The notes under the pieces are model-generated. The model was not told where the DNA came from. It worked only from the letters and a program-made list of their open reading frames with translations, and searched no databases. A stretch of DNA of 64,000 nucleotides, from positions 7,120-71,119 of the forward strand of contig CBEUCH010000015.1 in assembly GCA_965541585.1 (NCBI GenBank), given 5' to 3'. The position numbers were made by a program, and so were the translations under genes. This DNA is from an uncultured bacterium (lineage in GTDB: Bacteria; Zixibacteria; MSB-5A5; UBA10806). This document shows, piece after piece, positions 1 to 10,663 of the stretch (positions are counted from its first letter, which is position 1; the number at the start of each line of letters is the position of its first letter).

Positions 1-139
1 CGGCAAATTCCCCTCCACGGTCCAGCGCGGCAGAGAAAATCTTGTCGAAATTGTCCGCGGTCAATAGATGCTCGAATAACCTGAAGCCGGACCTGACGGT
101 GTCTGCAATCTCAATATCTGCGTACAGCTCTTTGATCAT
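1..139 (-). CDS. Partial CDS running off the left edge (N-terminal 46 codons; start ATG at 139-137)
   Basis: The reverse-strand frame from ATG 139 is open to the window edge (MIKELYADIEIADTVRSGFRLFEHLL...) with an AGGAA Shine-Dalgarno about 9 nt upstream. It has no recognisable family. Confidence 0.25.
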   Translation of the reverse strand, partial: MIKELYADIEIADTVRSGFRLFEHLLTADNFDKIFSAALDRGGEFA

Positions 140-361
140 CTGATTTTCCTATTCCTGCAAATAAGTGGGACCTTATCGCATCGCCTGATCAACCGAATCC
201 TGCACCCCGGCTGAGCCCACTCGCGGCCTTCCGCTTAATATGACAAATGGGCATACTGTTCAACAATGAAAAAACCTAAAAAGATCCGGCTGCAGGTATT
301 AGCCCGATAAAGCGCAGAAATTAGTGGTCGATAACAATAGCAAAACACTGAAGGGAATTGG

Positions 362-1675
362 ATGTCTCTAAGAAATAAGATATTGGCGCGGCTCGGTTCG
401 ATCGATGTTATCTCTGCTCCCCCGGCCATCATCTCCGAGGTTCTCTCGCTGTTGAACCAGGAGGATTCCTCCTCGGTGAAGCTCTCCCGGATTATTTTAA
501 AGGATCCCAACCTCACGGCAAGGGTTCTCAGGATCGCCAATTCGACATTCTATGGTTATCGCGGGCAGGTGAATAACGTCAATCAAGCCGTGATGATATT
601 GGGACAGAACATGGTAAAATGTCTTGTGCTGTCGATCTCGATTTATGATCAGGTCATATCGAAGGATCCCGGTAAAGAAAAAGAATTCAATAGACTCTGG
701 CAGCATTTTCTTGAGACTGCGACTGCTGCCAAGAACGTGGCGCTACATATAGGTTATGAGATGCTGGAGGAGGCCTATGTTGCCGGGTTGCTCCATGATT
801 TCGGGCGGCTCTTTCTTTTGAGATATTTTGGAAAGGAAACCTTTCAAGCAAACCGGCTTCTGGCTGACGGCATGACACTGATCGAGGCCGAGCAAAAATT
901 ATTCGGTATCGATCACCAGGAGATCGGGGGGATCATCGCCTCCCGATGGAATCTGCCGATTTCCCTGGTTCAGGCTATCGGAAACCATCATCCGCTTGAC
1001 GGGGAAACGCTCAAGGAGCTTCCTTTGCTCTCCAGAATAGTCGCCATCTCGGACAATCTTTCACATACCGGTAATGAATTGCCGGAAAACCTGGACGGCG
1101 CCGGATACAGGATTGAAATAATCGATGCCTGCTGCAGTTCCCTCGGGTTGGATATGGACAAGATCAAGAAAGTCTATTCCGCCATTCCGAGCGAAGTGCT
1201 TGGCAATGCCGAGGGGATGGGGCTGAATCTTGGAGAGGCTTTCGAATATCTCTCGCAGGTCAATGCGACGCTATTCAATCTCTATGTTGAACTGGCCGGT
1301 ATCTTCAGGGAACGGCAGGAGCTATCCCGCCGTCTGCTGAATGAAGAGCGGCTCGAGGGTACGCTGGAATCTCTTCACATCGCCCTGGCAACTCTCTCGC
1401 ATTATATTAATAATGCCATCATGAATATCTCCGGCCAGTGTGAAATCCTGCAGTTGCTGCATGGAAAAGGCGACAAAGAAGAGATATTTGAAAGGATACC
1501 TTCCTTGAGAGAGTCGATCAAATTATCGACCAAGAGGATAACGATGGTTCTGCGGGAGCTTTCGAACATAGCCAGTATGGAAAAGATCAGTTATTTCAAG
1601 AATTCCAGGGCAATAGACATAGAGAAATCACTAAAAGAGCGACTGGAAGACAGTCTTGTAGAAATCGAATCCTGA
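362..1675 (+). CDS. HDOD-domain signalling protein with an uncharacterised C-terminal half
   Basis: The N-terminal 200 aa match the HDOD pattern (LPPAIISEVLSLL..., LSRIILKDPNLTARVLRIANSTFYG, GLLHDFGRLFL). ORF is 437 aa. Confidence 0.6.
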   Translation: MSLRNKILARLGSIDVISAPPAIISEVLSLLNQEDSSSVKLSRIILKDPNLTARVLRIANSTFYGYRGQVNNVNQAVMILGQNMVKCLVLSISIYDQVISKDPGKEKEFNRLWQHFLETATAAKNVALHIGYEMLEEAYVAGLLHDFGRLFLLRYFGKETFQANRLLADGMTLIEAEQKLFGIDHQEIGGIIASRWNLPISLVQAIGNHHPLDGETLKELPLLSRIVAISDNLSHTGNELPENLDGAGYRIEIIDACCSSLGLDMDKIKKVYSAIPSEVLGNAEGMGLNLGEAFEYLSQVNATLFNLYVELAGIFRERQELSRRLLNEERLEGTLESLHIALATLSHYINNAIMNISGQCEILQLLHGKGDKEEIFERIPSLRESIKLSTKRITMVLRELSNIASMEKISYFKNSRAIDIEKSLKERLEDSLVEIES

Positions 1676-1721
1676 TCCGGTTCGCTCGATTTTATCTGTC
1701 CGATAATTATCTCTCACTGCG

Positions 1722-1768
1722 CGAAAATATATAAGAAACCGCCGCACCGATTATCACACATGCGGCGG
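1722..1768 (-). terminator. Intrinsic terminator hairpin between convergent genes
   Basis: An 8-bp GC stem (ccgccgca...tgcggcgg) is followed, on the minus strand, by a U-rich tract (tttcttatatatttt). It sits just downstream of the stop of the 1790..2554 minus-strand gene. Confidence 0.4.
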
Positions 1769-1789
1769 CAATACCAGATAAGAGCTGAT

Positions 1790-2554
1790 CTACTCCACGA
1801 CAGTTCCTTTGATTGGAATGGATATGCGCGATTCAGGCGCTCCTTCCGCCTCCAGGGTCAGTGATGAAACAAAAGGTCCGGGAGCCAATTCTGTCATGAG
1901 CTCAAGTTTCATGATAGTTGAGTTACCGGGGGCGAGAGCACTATTCTCGAATGAAACTCTGAGGACGTCATCCGGCGGCCTGTTCGGAGTAAACAGGCTT
2001 ATGGGATTCTCGCCGCGATTGGCAATATCAAGGGATAACTCTGCCCTTTCACTACCCTTAAATTCCCCGAAATCGGCCACCTGGGGATTTGACTGAATTG
2101 TCGCCAGCGTGTCATTGATCCTTGCCTTAATCGAGAGCTTCAAATATGGGCTTACCGGGTCGTTGCAATCGATCAAAATCGATTTTTTGACAGTGCCCTT
2201 GAGTTTCTTAGTATTGAGAGATGCTGATATCTCTGCCGTCTCTCCGGGAGCGATTCTATCCGATGACAGCGGAGCGGTGGTGCAGCCGCAGGTTGGCCTC
2301 ACCTTGGTAATCACCAGCGTATCGGAGCCGACGTTTTTGAAGACGAAGTCGTACTTGACAATAGATTCTATCGGAATGGAGCCGAAATCCCAGAGATCAT
2401 CGATGAATTCTATCCTCGCCTTGGATGCCGGATCGATTTCGATTTTCCACTTGCTCGCTTCAGAAGAGTCTTCCTGGGCTGTGGCAAGGGCAGAAAACAA
2501 AAGTAAAAGACCGGATAAAATAACGAAAACCATTGATTTTCCTGATCGTTTCAT
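1790..2554 (-). CDS. Secreted DUF1573-family protein
   Basis: It has a signal peptide (MVFVILSGLLLLFSALATAQ) and the characteristic VRPTCGCTTAP (CGC) motif of DUF1573, which is common in Bacteroidota and relatives. Confidence 0.5.
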   Translation of the reverse strand: MKRSGKSMVFVILSGLLLLFSALATAQEDSSEASKWKIEIDPASKARIEFIDDLWDFGSIPIESIVKYDFVFKNVGSDTLVITKVRPTCGCTTAPLSSDRIAPGETAEISASLNTKKLKGTVKKSILIDCNDPVSPYLKLSIKARINDTLATIQSNPQVADFGEFKGSERAELSLDIANRGENPISLFTPNRPPDDVLRVSFENSALAPGNSTIMKLELMTELAPGPFVSSLTLEAEGAPESRISIPIKGTVVE

Positions 2555-2607
2555 TCGTAATTCTCCTTTTTTATTTCAAATTACGCCCTATTCCGGAATT
2601 GTCAAGT

Positions 2608-3600
2608 TCAATTGGCGAATCCCATCCGGGTCATCCATTTATCGCTATAGATCTTCGATAAATAACGATCACCCGAATCCGCCAGTATCACCACTGGGAA
2701 TCTAATATCGGGGTCGTCTTGCAGGACCTGTCTGGTCGCCGCAATCACGGCCCCCGATGATCCACCGCAAAAAAGCCCCTCCGATTGGGCAAGCTCCCGG
2801 GTGGTAATGAACGCCTGCCGGTCGTTTATGGCGATGAACCTGTCTACGACATCAAAATCCATAGCCCTGACTATTTTGTCGCTGCCGATTCCCTCAACTT
2901 CATAGTGGAACGGTTCGATCAGCCTGCCGGTCTCAAAATACGTCTTGAATACCGACCCTACGGAGTCGACCGCAACGATTTTGATCGCGGGATTCTTCTC
3001 TTTTAAGTAACGTCCCACTCCTGAAACTGTCCCGCCCGTTCCGGCGCCGGCTATGAGGCAGTCAATCTCCCCGGCGGTTTGCCTCCATATTTCAGGGGCG
3101 GTTGTCGTATAATGGCAGTCGATATTCTCAGGATTATTGTATTGATCCAGATATATAGAATTCGGCAGTTCAGTGGCCAGCCGCTCGGCTGTTTTATAGT
3201 TGCTCTCAGGCTCGTCCGGTCTGGCGGTGTGCGGCGTAATTGTCAATTCCGCGCCGAAAAGCTCCATCATTTCGCACTTTTCCCGGGAGTTTTTATCACT
3301 CATGACTATTCTGGCTCTGAAGCCCTTGGCAGCGCAGATCCAGGAGACTGCAATTCCGGTGTTGCCCGATGTCACCTCTATCACCGTGCCGCCCGCTCTC
3401 AGGCTGCCGTCTTTCTCGGCAGACTCAATCAACCATTTTGCCAGCCGGTCTTTAATGGAGCCGCCGGGATTGAGCATCTCAGCCTTAGCATATATCGTGC
3501 AATTCGTCCCGCCCGCGGTTTTTTCCAAGGGGATAAGCGGCGTATCGCCGATCTGATCCAAGACTGACGATTGCATAATGGTAGCTTGCCGAACCAGCAT
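2608..3600 (-). CDS. cysK: Cysteine synthase (O-acetylserine sulfhydrylase), PLP-dependent. The true start is possibly the internal ATG at 3576.
   Basis: Motifs GDTPLIPL, GGSIKDRLA (PLP lysine motif) and TSGNTGIA are seen, and full-length similarity to CysK/CysM is recognisable. Confidence 0.8.
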   Translation of the reverse strand: MLVRQATIMQSSVLDQIGDTPLIPLEKTAGGTNCTIYAKAEMLNPGGSIKDRLAKWLIESAEKDGSLRAGGTVIEVTSGNTGIAVSWICAAKGFRARIVMSDKNSREKCEMMELFGAELTITPHTARPDEPESNYKTAERLATELPNSIYLDQYNNPENIDCHYTTTAPEIWRQTAGEIDCLIAGAGTGGTVSGVGRYLKEKNPAIKIVAVDSVGSVFKTYFETGRLIEPFHYEVEGIGSDKIVRAMDFDVVDRFIAINDRQAFITTRELAQSEGLFCGGSSGAVIAATRQVLQDDPDIRFPVVILADSGDRYLSKIYSDKWMTRMGFAN

Positions 3601-4034
3601 GCTTCATTATACCTGATATCCGCTTATAGGTTCAACCTAAATTTGCCATAAGACACTGGATTGTAATTCCCCTGACATCGATGATCTCCAAATCCGCTTT
3701 TCCGCTATGGATGGACATCGTTTTCACTTTCTCGGAACCACCCGAACCCGTTCAATTCTGCAACAGCCCTGAATTACTTTATTCCCGAATTCGGACCCGT
3801 TGACCTTTCGATATACGATATCCTCGGCAGGCACATCGATTGAGTTAATAATGCCTGTGCCATAAGTGGGCGGGAAGGTCAACTCCTTTCCACAGCGTAG
3901 AAAACCTCCGACCGTAAAAGTGCTACCAGCCCTGCTTGCTGACCCCTGCAAAGGGTGAGATTCCAATTCGCTCTAATGAGCCTCCAAATTAGCCCGACAC
4001 CTATAGTAAAACGTTAAACAGCACAGAATTGTGA

Positions 4035-6500
4035 ATGAGAAAAATGAAGATATCGTGCATTTTCATCCCGATTTTCATGGTTTCCACAACCGCTGCAGCG
4101 GCTATCCTCAACGTCCCGGGAGAATTTGCGACCATTCAAGAGGCGCTTGATACAAGAGCGATTTCCGACGGCGATACGGTGCTCGTACAACCGGGGATCT
4201 ATACCGAGAATATCAACTTCGGGGGACATAATGTTACAGTCGGCTCTCTGTTTCTTACCACCGGAGACAGATCATATATAACTTCGACTGTAATAGATGG
4301 CGATTCGTCGGGTTCGGTCTTGACCTTTGAAAATGATGAGGACAGCTCGGCCGCTATAATCGGGTTCACCATAACGAATGGCTACGCTGAAAACGGCGGC
4401 GGCATATTATGTATCAATTCCGGTCCTACCATCGAGGATAATATTATCATTGGAAATATCGCCGGCAGGGAGGGTGGAGGAATTTTCTGCAGCTATTCCA
4501 ATCCGGTGATCAGGTATAACAGGATCATGGCAAATGAGGCTGCGCTGGGTGGAGGTATCTGTTATAAGTATTACAATTCCGCAAACGGTGGCGGCAACGT
4601 GGATGATCAATTCATAACGAGGGAAAATTCGCTTCCGTCAATTGCAAACAACATCATCAGCGGAAATTCGGCGGAAGTCGGCGGCGGGATATATTGTCTG
4701 GGATCAAAACTGCTGATTTGCAACAGCACGATCACGGAAAACATAGCAGAAAGAGGAGGCGGTATATTCTGTCTCGATCCGGGCCTGGAGATAACAAGCA
4801 CAATTCTCTGGGGAAACTTAGCTGATGAAGGCCCTCAGATTGTCGGTGCTTCTATCGTAATAAATTATAGCAATATCGAAGGAGGCTGGAACGGTGACGG
4901 GAATATCGATCTCGATCCCTTATTCCGTGATGCCGGGAATGGCGATTTTCGGCTGATGAGCGCAGCTTGCGGCGACTCCGGTGACTCTCCATGTATCGAT
5001 GCCGGCAGCCCGGGTTTCATTGACAGGCTGGTAGATTGTTCATGGGGTCGGGGTACGGTTCTGTGTGATATCGGCGCCTATAGCGGCGGAGGAACGGCTC
5101 CTCCGCCGGAAACCGTTCACCGCGTTCCCTATGATCATCAGACTATCCAGCAGGGAATGAATGCCAGCTCCGATGGTGACACGGTTCTTGTATATCCCGG
5201 CACATATGTTGAAAACATCAATTTCGGCGGCCGTAAGATAACACTCGGTTCTTTATATCTGTTTACGCGAAATTATTCGCATATATCATCGACAGTCATC
5301 GATGGCAACTCCTCCGGGTCGGTAGTGACTTTTGAAAATGGCGAGGATAGCAGTAGCGTTATGGCGGGGTTCACAATAAGAAATGGACTGGCCGAAAACG
5401 GCGGTGGGATTTTTTGTTTCTATTCAGCCCCTCTGATCACCGAAAACATCATAAGCGAAAACAGAGCCAATTCGGAGGGCGGCGGAATTTTCTGTTTTTA
5501 TTCGAGTCCGTCAATAAAGAACAACGTCATTCGAGATAACAGCGCTACCTCCGGCGGCGGCATAAGCTGCCGTTACTCGAATCCTGTAATCAGCGATAAT
5601 CTGATAATCCAGAATGAAGTGTCATGGGAGGGCGGAGGTATATTTTGCCGAGACAACTCGACATCTCTTATCAAATATAATGAGATTCGCGAAAATCGGG
5701 CTGACAACGGCGGCGGGATTTTGTGCAGATATTCCAATCTCTTTATCAGCAATACCGTTATTTCCTCAAATATAGCCAATCAGGGGGGAGGCTTATTCTG
5801 CGTGGGTTCCACTCCATCAATAACCAACCTCGTAATTGCCGGGAATACCGCCGCATCCGGCGGTGGAATATTCTGCCTCAATTCCATGCCCATAATGACC
5901 AATACAATCCTGTGGTATAATGCCGCGGAAGAGGGATCGCAGATTTACGGCGATTCGCCTCTAATCAGATACAGCGACATACAGGGCGGTTGGGAAGGCC
6001 TGGGGAATATCGATCTTGACCCTCTGTTTCGAGATCCCGCAGGCGATGATTTCCACCTTATGGCTATCGCCTGTGGCGACTCCTCCGATTCTCCCTGTAT
6101 CGATACCGGCGATCCAAACGTCTCAGACAGTCTGCTGGACTGTTCCTGGGGCCTGGGAACAACGGACAGCGATATGGGCGCTTATGGAGGCGGAAATATT
6201 CTGACCGGAATCGATGAAATGAATCCCGACGTTTCTCGCCGCCTGGTTCTGGCCCGAAATTACCCCAATCCGTTCAATGTCTCAACATCTTTGGAATATA
6301 ATCTACCCGAGCCTTCTTATCTGACTATTGATATATATAATATCCTTGGCCGGCAGGTAGCTACCATATTCGAGGGCACCCAAGAAGCGGGCAAGCATAC
6401 CATCACCTGGGACGCTTCCGCTTTCCCCTCCGGCGTCTATTTCGCCCGGCTGAAAACAAAGAGACATTCCCGGACCATTAGACTGGTGCTTTTGAAATAA
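4035..6500 (+). CDS. Secreted right-handed parallel-beta-helix (PbH1) repeat protein with a T9SS C-terminal sorting domain. It contains an internal tandem duplication of a 320-aa module.
   Basis: It has a signal peptide and many N-x-x-x-GGGI(F/Y)C beta-helix rungs. The module ...DGDTVLVQPG.Y.ENINFGG... occurs twice (around residues 20-340 and 355-690). The C-terminus YPNPFN...IYNILGRQV...SGVYFARL...LVLLK is typical of a Por secretion CTD. Confidence 0.65.
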   Translation: MRKMKISCIFIPIFMVSTTAAAAILNVPGEFATIQEALDTRAISDGDTVLVQPGIYTENINFGGHNVTVGSLFLTTGDRSYITSTVIDGDSSGSVLTFENDEDSSAAIIGFTITNGYAENGGGILCINSGPTIEDNIIIGNIAGREGGGIFCSYSNPVIRYNRIMANEAALGGGICYKYYNSANGGGNVDDQFITRENSLPSIANNIISGNSAEVGGGIYCLGSKLLICNSTITENIAERGGGIFCLDPGLEITSTILWGNLADEGPQIVGASIVINYSNIEGGWNGDGNIDLDPLFRDAGNGDFRLMSAACGDSGDSPCIDAGSPGFIDRLVDCSWGRGTVLCDIGAYSGGGTAPPPETVHRVPYDHQTIQQGMNASSDGDTVLVYPGTYVENINFGGRKITLGSLYLFTRNYSHISSTVIDGNSSGSVVTFENGEDSSSVMAGFTIRNGLAENGGGIFCFYSAPLITENIISENRANSEGGGIFCFYSSPSIKNNVIRDNSATSGGGISCRYSNPVISDNLIIQNEVSWEGGGIFCRDNSTSLIKYNEIRENRADNGGGILCRYSNLFISNTVISSNIANQGGGLFCVGSTPSITNLVIAGNTAASGGGIFCLNSMPIMTNTILWYNAAEEGSQIYGDSPLIRYSDIQGGWEGLGNIDLDPLFRDPAGDDFHLMAIACGDSSDSPCIDTGDPNVSDSLLDCSWGLGTTDSDMGAYGGGNILTGIDEMNPDVSRRLVLARNYPNPFNVSTSLEYNLPEPSYLTIDIYNILGRQVATIFEGTQEAGKHTITWDASAFPSGVYFARLKTKRHSRTIRLVLLK

Positions 6501-6561
6501 ACTGCCTTATCCTGGGGCAAGTTAGTCTATTGCACCTTTGCCTGCTTGCGCGAATTTCGCC

Positions 6562-6623
6562 AAAAAAAAGCTTGACAAAATACAAGCCTTGATATATTTT
6601 TTTATTAAGGTAATTCAAGGAGG
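6562..6623 (+). promoter_or_regulatory. Sigma70-like promoter plus RBS for the S8 protease gene
   Basis: TTGACA at 6562, followed about 15-17 nt later by TATATT/TATTTT. AAGGAGG lies at 6617-6623, 5 nt before ATG 6629. Confidence 0.3.
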
Positions 6624-6628
6624 TTGTT

Positions 6629-8911
6629 ATGTGCAAAAGGGCAGGTATGAGCATATTGCCGGTATTGGCATTTGTGTCTTTTTGTCATCCCTCCCTATCC
6701 TACGGCTGCATAGACACGCTGTACACTGAACAGGGTGGGGAGTACATAAGGGTGTGGCCCCAGCAACCGGGCGTTGATTATGCTGTAGATCAACTAATCA
6801 TGAAAACGGGTGTAACCGCTATCAAACTCCCTGAAGGAGCAACCGAGGCTGATCTTAAATACTGTAAATTTAATAATGTCGAGTTGAAGAACGCCCTGAA
6901 GAATGCGAAGGCGTACTACATTAAAAAGGTCTTCCCTGATGCCAGCCCAAGTGATACAGTAGCTGTCCTTGACGACTCCACTACAATTCGATTAGCGATT
7001 CTTTCATCGATTTATAAGGTCCTTTTACTTCAAGATTCGGATGTCTATAATGCCATTGATTTGTTATGCCCGCTAGATGATGTAATCTGGGCGGAACCGA
7101 ATGTGATAATGGAGCCTCATAATACACCCAACGATGAATATTTCGATGTCCAGTGGAATCTAAAGGATACGGGCTATGGAATTAAGTGTGAATCGGCCTG
7201 GAATATTACCCAGGGAATTCCCGAAATTAAGATAGGTATGGTCGGTTCGGGGATCGATTTGAGCCACCCGGAATTCGCCGGAAAGATAGCGGGAGGAGGG
7301 AATTATAATGACCAATGCCCGGGCTGCGGTTATGACGACGATGGTTCGGGACACGAAACCAGGGTGGCGGGGATAGCCGCAGCATTAACAAATAACGGCA
7401 ATCCGGGCGGTTTTATAGCGGGCATAGCTGGCGGGTGGAACGGGGGCGGTAACGATATCGGCGCGGTCCTGTATTCGTTAAGGTCTACCGGTAACCCTGG
7501 CCACGATCACTTAGGCGATGACATAGCCCGCGCAATTTATAACGGAGTAAGAAGTCCATTGGACTGCGATATCATTAACATATCCTGGGGCCGTGAGGAA
7601 TACAGCGAGGTGCAACATGCTGCTATCGCATATGCGCAATCAAGAAGAAAAATAACTGTAATTTCTATGGGTAATGAGGGATTTGATGGTGGGCCTCCAG
7701 ATGGCCCTTGCGAGCCTCTTGAGTGCAGACGTGTTTATCCGGCTCAGTTCGATAACACATGGATCGTGGCTGTAGGTTCGTATGGCCAGGATGGTTTTAG
7801 GTGCGAAGATATATACAGGCAAAACTGTGGGAACCATCATTCCAGCTATGGCGGCCAGATTGATATCGTGGCCCCTGGCTATCTCATTCCGACCACTTCA
7901 CCCGGAGGTTACGATCCGATTTTTGGGAAAACCTCCGCGGCGGCCCCGCATGCCACAGGTGCAGCGGCGCTTGTTCTATCTCAAAAATCGCCTTTATGGT
8001 CTGAGGATATGGATTGGATTCTTAAATTTACTGCAGACGATCCCGGCGATGACGGTTACGACGAAGAGCATGGTTGGGGCCGTCTCGATGCCGCCGAGGC
8101 TGTGGCTAAGGTCTCATATCCTTCTTTCTATGACATATTTTACTATTCGGACGATTTCTTCTATTTCGATAGCACCAGCTCCTTCTATGTGGAAAGAGTG
8201 TGGTCGTTTTACAACGGCGATGACTATGACGACGATGATCCCGGGCCAATACCCGACGGCGAGTATACCGCCAGACGCTACGCAGTTTACTTTACGGTCA
8301 ATTATCCCTATCCCTTCTTCCCATATGTTGGCGCCTGGGGTAAAAGACATGCCTATGAAAACGGGGAGTTGGTTCAAACCAAAGGATGGTCGGGCGCCAG
8401 CCCTAACTTACAACGTGGGTATTGCGAGGTAGTTCCCGATACCGAAATCCCTTCCGGATGCGTGATAAAAACCTATACTTACCATATAGACAGAGGCGGT
8501 TACTGGGAATGGCAACCTTTTGATCCGGATTTCGTTCAGTGGGATCCGGTTAAGTTATGCTACGCGGTTTGGGGATTGCCCGCCGGGCACGGCCCCGGAG
8601 GACCCAAGGCAGGAGATACGGACACAGATGAGCCAATCGACTTTTCCCTTAGCTCTTACCCTAATCCGTTTAATAGCAGTGTGTTGATTAAGCTGGATCT
8701 CCCCATTCCTGATTTCGTCTCCGTTGATATTTACAACATCCTGGGGCGAAAAGTGAAAAATTTGATTTTCCAACGGCTCACGGCCGACTCATACGATATT
8801 AGATGGGATGGAACTGACAAGAACGGTGCCAACATTGGTTCCGGCATTTATTTGCTTAAAATCAAGGTTGGCGGTATAACCAGGACCGAAAGGATGGTCT
8901 TGATAAGATGA
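6629..8911 (+). CDS. Subtilisin-like serine peptidase (S8 family) with a T9SS C-terminal sorting domain
   Basis: Catalytic-triad contexts are present: Asp (MVGSGIDLSHPEF), His (GSGHETRVAGIAAA) and Ser (GKTSAAAPHATGAAALV). The C-terminal YPNPFNSS...IYNILGRKV...LIR is a CTD. Confidence 0.75.
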   Translation: MCKRAGMSILPVLAFVSFCHPSLSYGCIDTLYTEQGGEYIRVWPQQPGVDYAVDQLIMKTGVTAIKLPEGATEADLKYCKFNNVELKNALKNAKAYYIKKVFPDASPSDTVAVLDDSTTIRLAILSSIYKVLLLQDSDVYNAIDLLCPLDDVIWAEPNVIMEPHNTPNDEYFDVQWNLKDTGYGIKCESAWNITQGIPEIKIGMVGSGIDLSHPEFAGKIAGGGNYNDQCPGCGYDDDGSGHETRVAGIAAALTNNGNPGGFIAGIAGGWNGGGNDIGAVLYSLRSTGNPGHDHLGDDIARAIYNGVRSPLDCDIINISWGREEYSEVQHAAIAYAQSRRKITVISMGNEGFDGGPPDGPCEPLECRRVYPAQFDNTWIVAVGSYGQDGFRCEDIYRQNCGNHHSSYGGQIDIVAPGYLIPTTSPGGYDPIFGKTSAAAPHATGAAALVLSQKSPLWSEDMDWILKFTADDPGDDGYDEEHGWGRLDAAEAVAKVSYPSFYDIFYYSDDFFYFDSTSSFYVERVWSFYNGDDYDDDDPGPIPDGEYTARRYAVYFTVNYPYPFFPYVGAWGKRHAYENGELVQTKGWSGASPNLQRGYCEVVPDTEIPSGCVIKTYTYHIDRGGYWEWQPFDPDFVQWDPVKLCYAVWGLPAGHGPGGPKAGDTDTDEPIDFSLSSYPNPFNSSVLIKLDLPIPDFVSVDIYNILGRKVKNLIFQRLTADSYDIRWDGTDKNGANIGSGIYLLKIKVGGITRTERMVLIR

Positions 8912-10308
8912 GATTCCTGACTTTTGCCACGGCTCTTTTTACATTATTCTGTTTGTCCCCTCCGTCCTTCGCTGGCTGGACCAACCCGGTCTTTATAGAC
9001 TCCAGCGATAATCTTCTTACGCATGGTATAGAGGCAAGAAACGATTCCATTTTTGTCACTTATGGATCAGATCCCGGCAGATTCGTAAGAAGTCTCGATG
9101 GCGGGCTTACCTGGCAGGATGAATTCGTAAATGCGGAAGGCTTGGGTTGGGATATGTTCAAATTACAAGGAGATACCCTGGCCTTCTTTTTCGGTGCAGG
9201 CCAAAATATACAGTTTTATTTTTCTACTAACTTGGGAGCTACGTGGGAGGAACCCAGAAACTGTGGCGTCTATTCGTTTCTTGACAGCCCCTGGCCTGAC
9301 TTTAGCTCATCGCTTGTGACTATCTGCAGCGCCGAATACCTGTACGAAGTAACCACGATATTCTTGAAGCACTCCACCGATTTTGGAATTACCTGGGCCG
9401 AGCCGGAATCAATCTGGACCTATCCTCGCCCCGTTAACCCGTTTCTTGGTTATTTCTATGACCGCCCCTATATACTTTCCAGCGACTTTGACCTTATGAA
9501 TAATCATTCCCTTATAAAGCTTCTTTTCACCGTAGATGACGGAGAAAGCTGGATCAGTTACGATTCGATATCGGCACCCGGGGCGAACTGGGAACAAAGA
9601 ATGGATGCCTCACCGGGCGGTCAGATGGCCATAGTTTATATGGATTGGTTTTCACAGATGACAGACGAATCCAGCGTACTAGTCTGCCTGTCATCCGACT
9701 CGGGAATGACATGGACACCTCCAGTTGACCTGTCCGTAGCCGATGTAAACAGATATCCGCGAGTAGCCGTATCTGGCGATACAGTAATCGCGGCCTGGCA
9801 GGGAAACGTAGATACAACCGATCAATATAGCTCGGTTCTCCTGCGACGAACATACGATTTCGGGCAAACATGGCAGCCAGTGGAAGTCCTGTCAGAACCT
9901 GGATTAGGGGGGTTGCATCCGACCATAGAATTGGTTAACGGCAAAATACACCTGTTATGCTTCGGGCGATATGGGGGTGTTCCCGGCCTCTACTACCGCC
10001 GCTGGGAGCCGGAAACGGGTATTGAGGAAGAGATAGAAAAACCTGCGCATATATCGCTTCTAACAGCCTTTCCCAATCCCTTCAACGCCTCAACCACTAT
10101 CAGCTACGGTCTGCCTGAGGCTTCGGACGTTTGTATCGAGATCTACAATATCCTCGGCCAGCATGTGGAAACCGTTTTCGAAGGTGGAAAGCCAGCGGGT
10201 AATCACGTTATCACCTGGGATGCTTCCGCTTTCCCCTCCGGCGTCTATTTCGCCTGTCTGAATACTCTGAAAAGCTCGCAAAACATCAAGATGGTTTTGC
10301 TGAAATAG
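8908..10308 (+). CDS. Secreted BNR/Asp-box repeat (sialidase-like fold) protein with a T9SS CTD
   Basis: Its start overlaps the upstream stop (ATGA), and it has a signal peptide. It carries five S-x-D-x-G-x-T-W BNR motifs (SLDGGLTWQ, STDFGITWA, TVDDGESWI, SSDSGMTWT, TYDFGQTWQ). The CTD is FPNPFNAST...IYNILGQHV...SGVYFACL...MVLLK. Confidence 0.6.
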   Translation: MRFLTFATALFTLFCLSPPSFAGWTNPVFIDSSDNLLTHGIEARNDSIFVTYGSDPGRFVRSLDGGLTWQDEFVNAEGLGWDMFKLQGDTLAFFFGAGQNIQFYFSTNLGATWEEPRNCGVYSFLDSPWPDFSSSLVTICSAEYLYEVTTIFLKHSTDFGITWAEPESIWTYPRPVNPFLGYFYDRPYILSSDFDLMNNHSLIKLLFTVDDGESWISYDSISAPGANWEQRMDASPGGQMAIVYMDWFSQMTDESSVLVCLSSDSGMTWTPPVDLSVADVNRYPRVAVSGDTVIAAWQGNVDTTDQYSSVLLRRTYDFGQTWQPVEVLSEPGLGGLHPTIELVNGKIHLLCFGRYGGVPGLYYRRWEPETGIEEEIEKPAHISLLTAFPNPFNASTTISYGLPEASDVCIEIYNILGQHVETVFEGGKPAGNHVITWDASAFPSGVYFACLNTLKSSQNIKMVLLK

Positions 10309-10561
10309 ATAGGCTTATCTTTAGGCGCCTATTCGGGTGTTACATGATCTGCTCCTGAATTATCACATTTTTCTCTTGACATCATATCATATAGATGTTT
10401 ATTATATATGAGAATACATTCGCGAAGTGATTGACAGGTTTTAGGTATGATACTATCAGGGGCTTATGGGGAATTGGCATCTGAGGGTATTGAATATAAC
10501 ATATAGAGATCGATGCAGTTTCGCGGATATTGGCATTCACAGGATGAAAGGAGGTGGTTGA

Positions 10562-10663
10562 ATGGCTCAAAAGCCCGTTAATTTCAATAGGTTGGAAGAG
10601 AAATCACCGAGAAAGGGGGTGCGGAAAATAACCGGGACGCCGTCGATAGCTCCGGACAAATAG
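10562..10663 (+). CDS. Candidate small ORF (33 aa) in the long 5' leader of the next gene
   Basis: A perfect AGGAGG (10549-10554) lies 7 nt upstream of ATG 10562. The product is MAQKPVNFNRLEEKSPRKGVRKITGTPSIAPDK. No homology is recognisable, and it could be a chance ORF. Confidence 0.2.
   Translation: MAQKPVNFNRLEEKSPRKGVRKITGTPSIAPDK

Noticed and set aside
235-540. 101-aa minus-strand ORF overlapping the HDOD gene start
   Set aside because: It overlaps a gene with a clear domain match and has no independent signal.
2109-2705. 198-aa ORF on the plus strand
   Set aside because: It is entirely antisense to the well-supported DUF1573 and cysK genes. It has no Shine-Dalgarno and its composition is typical of a shadow ORF.
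3079-3567. Two plus-strand ORFs (162 and 118 aa) inside the cysK region
   Set aside because: They are antisense shadow frames of cysK.
8114-8432. ORFs overlapping the S8 protease gene on either strand
   Set aside because: These are alternative frames of a gene with catalytic D/H/S motifs in the annotated frame.
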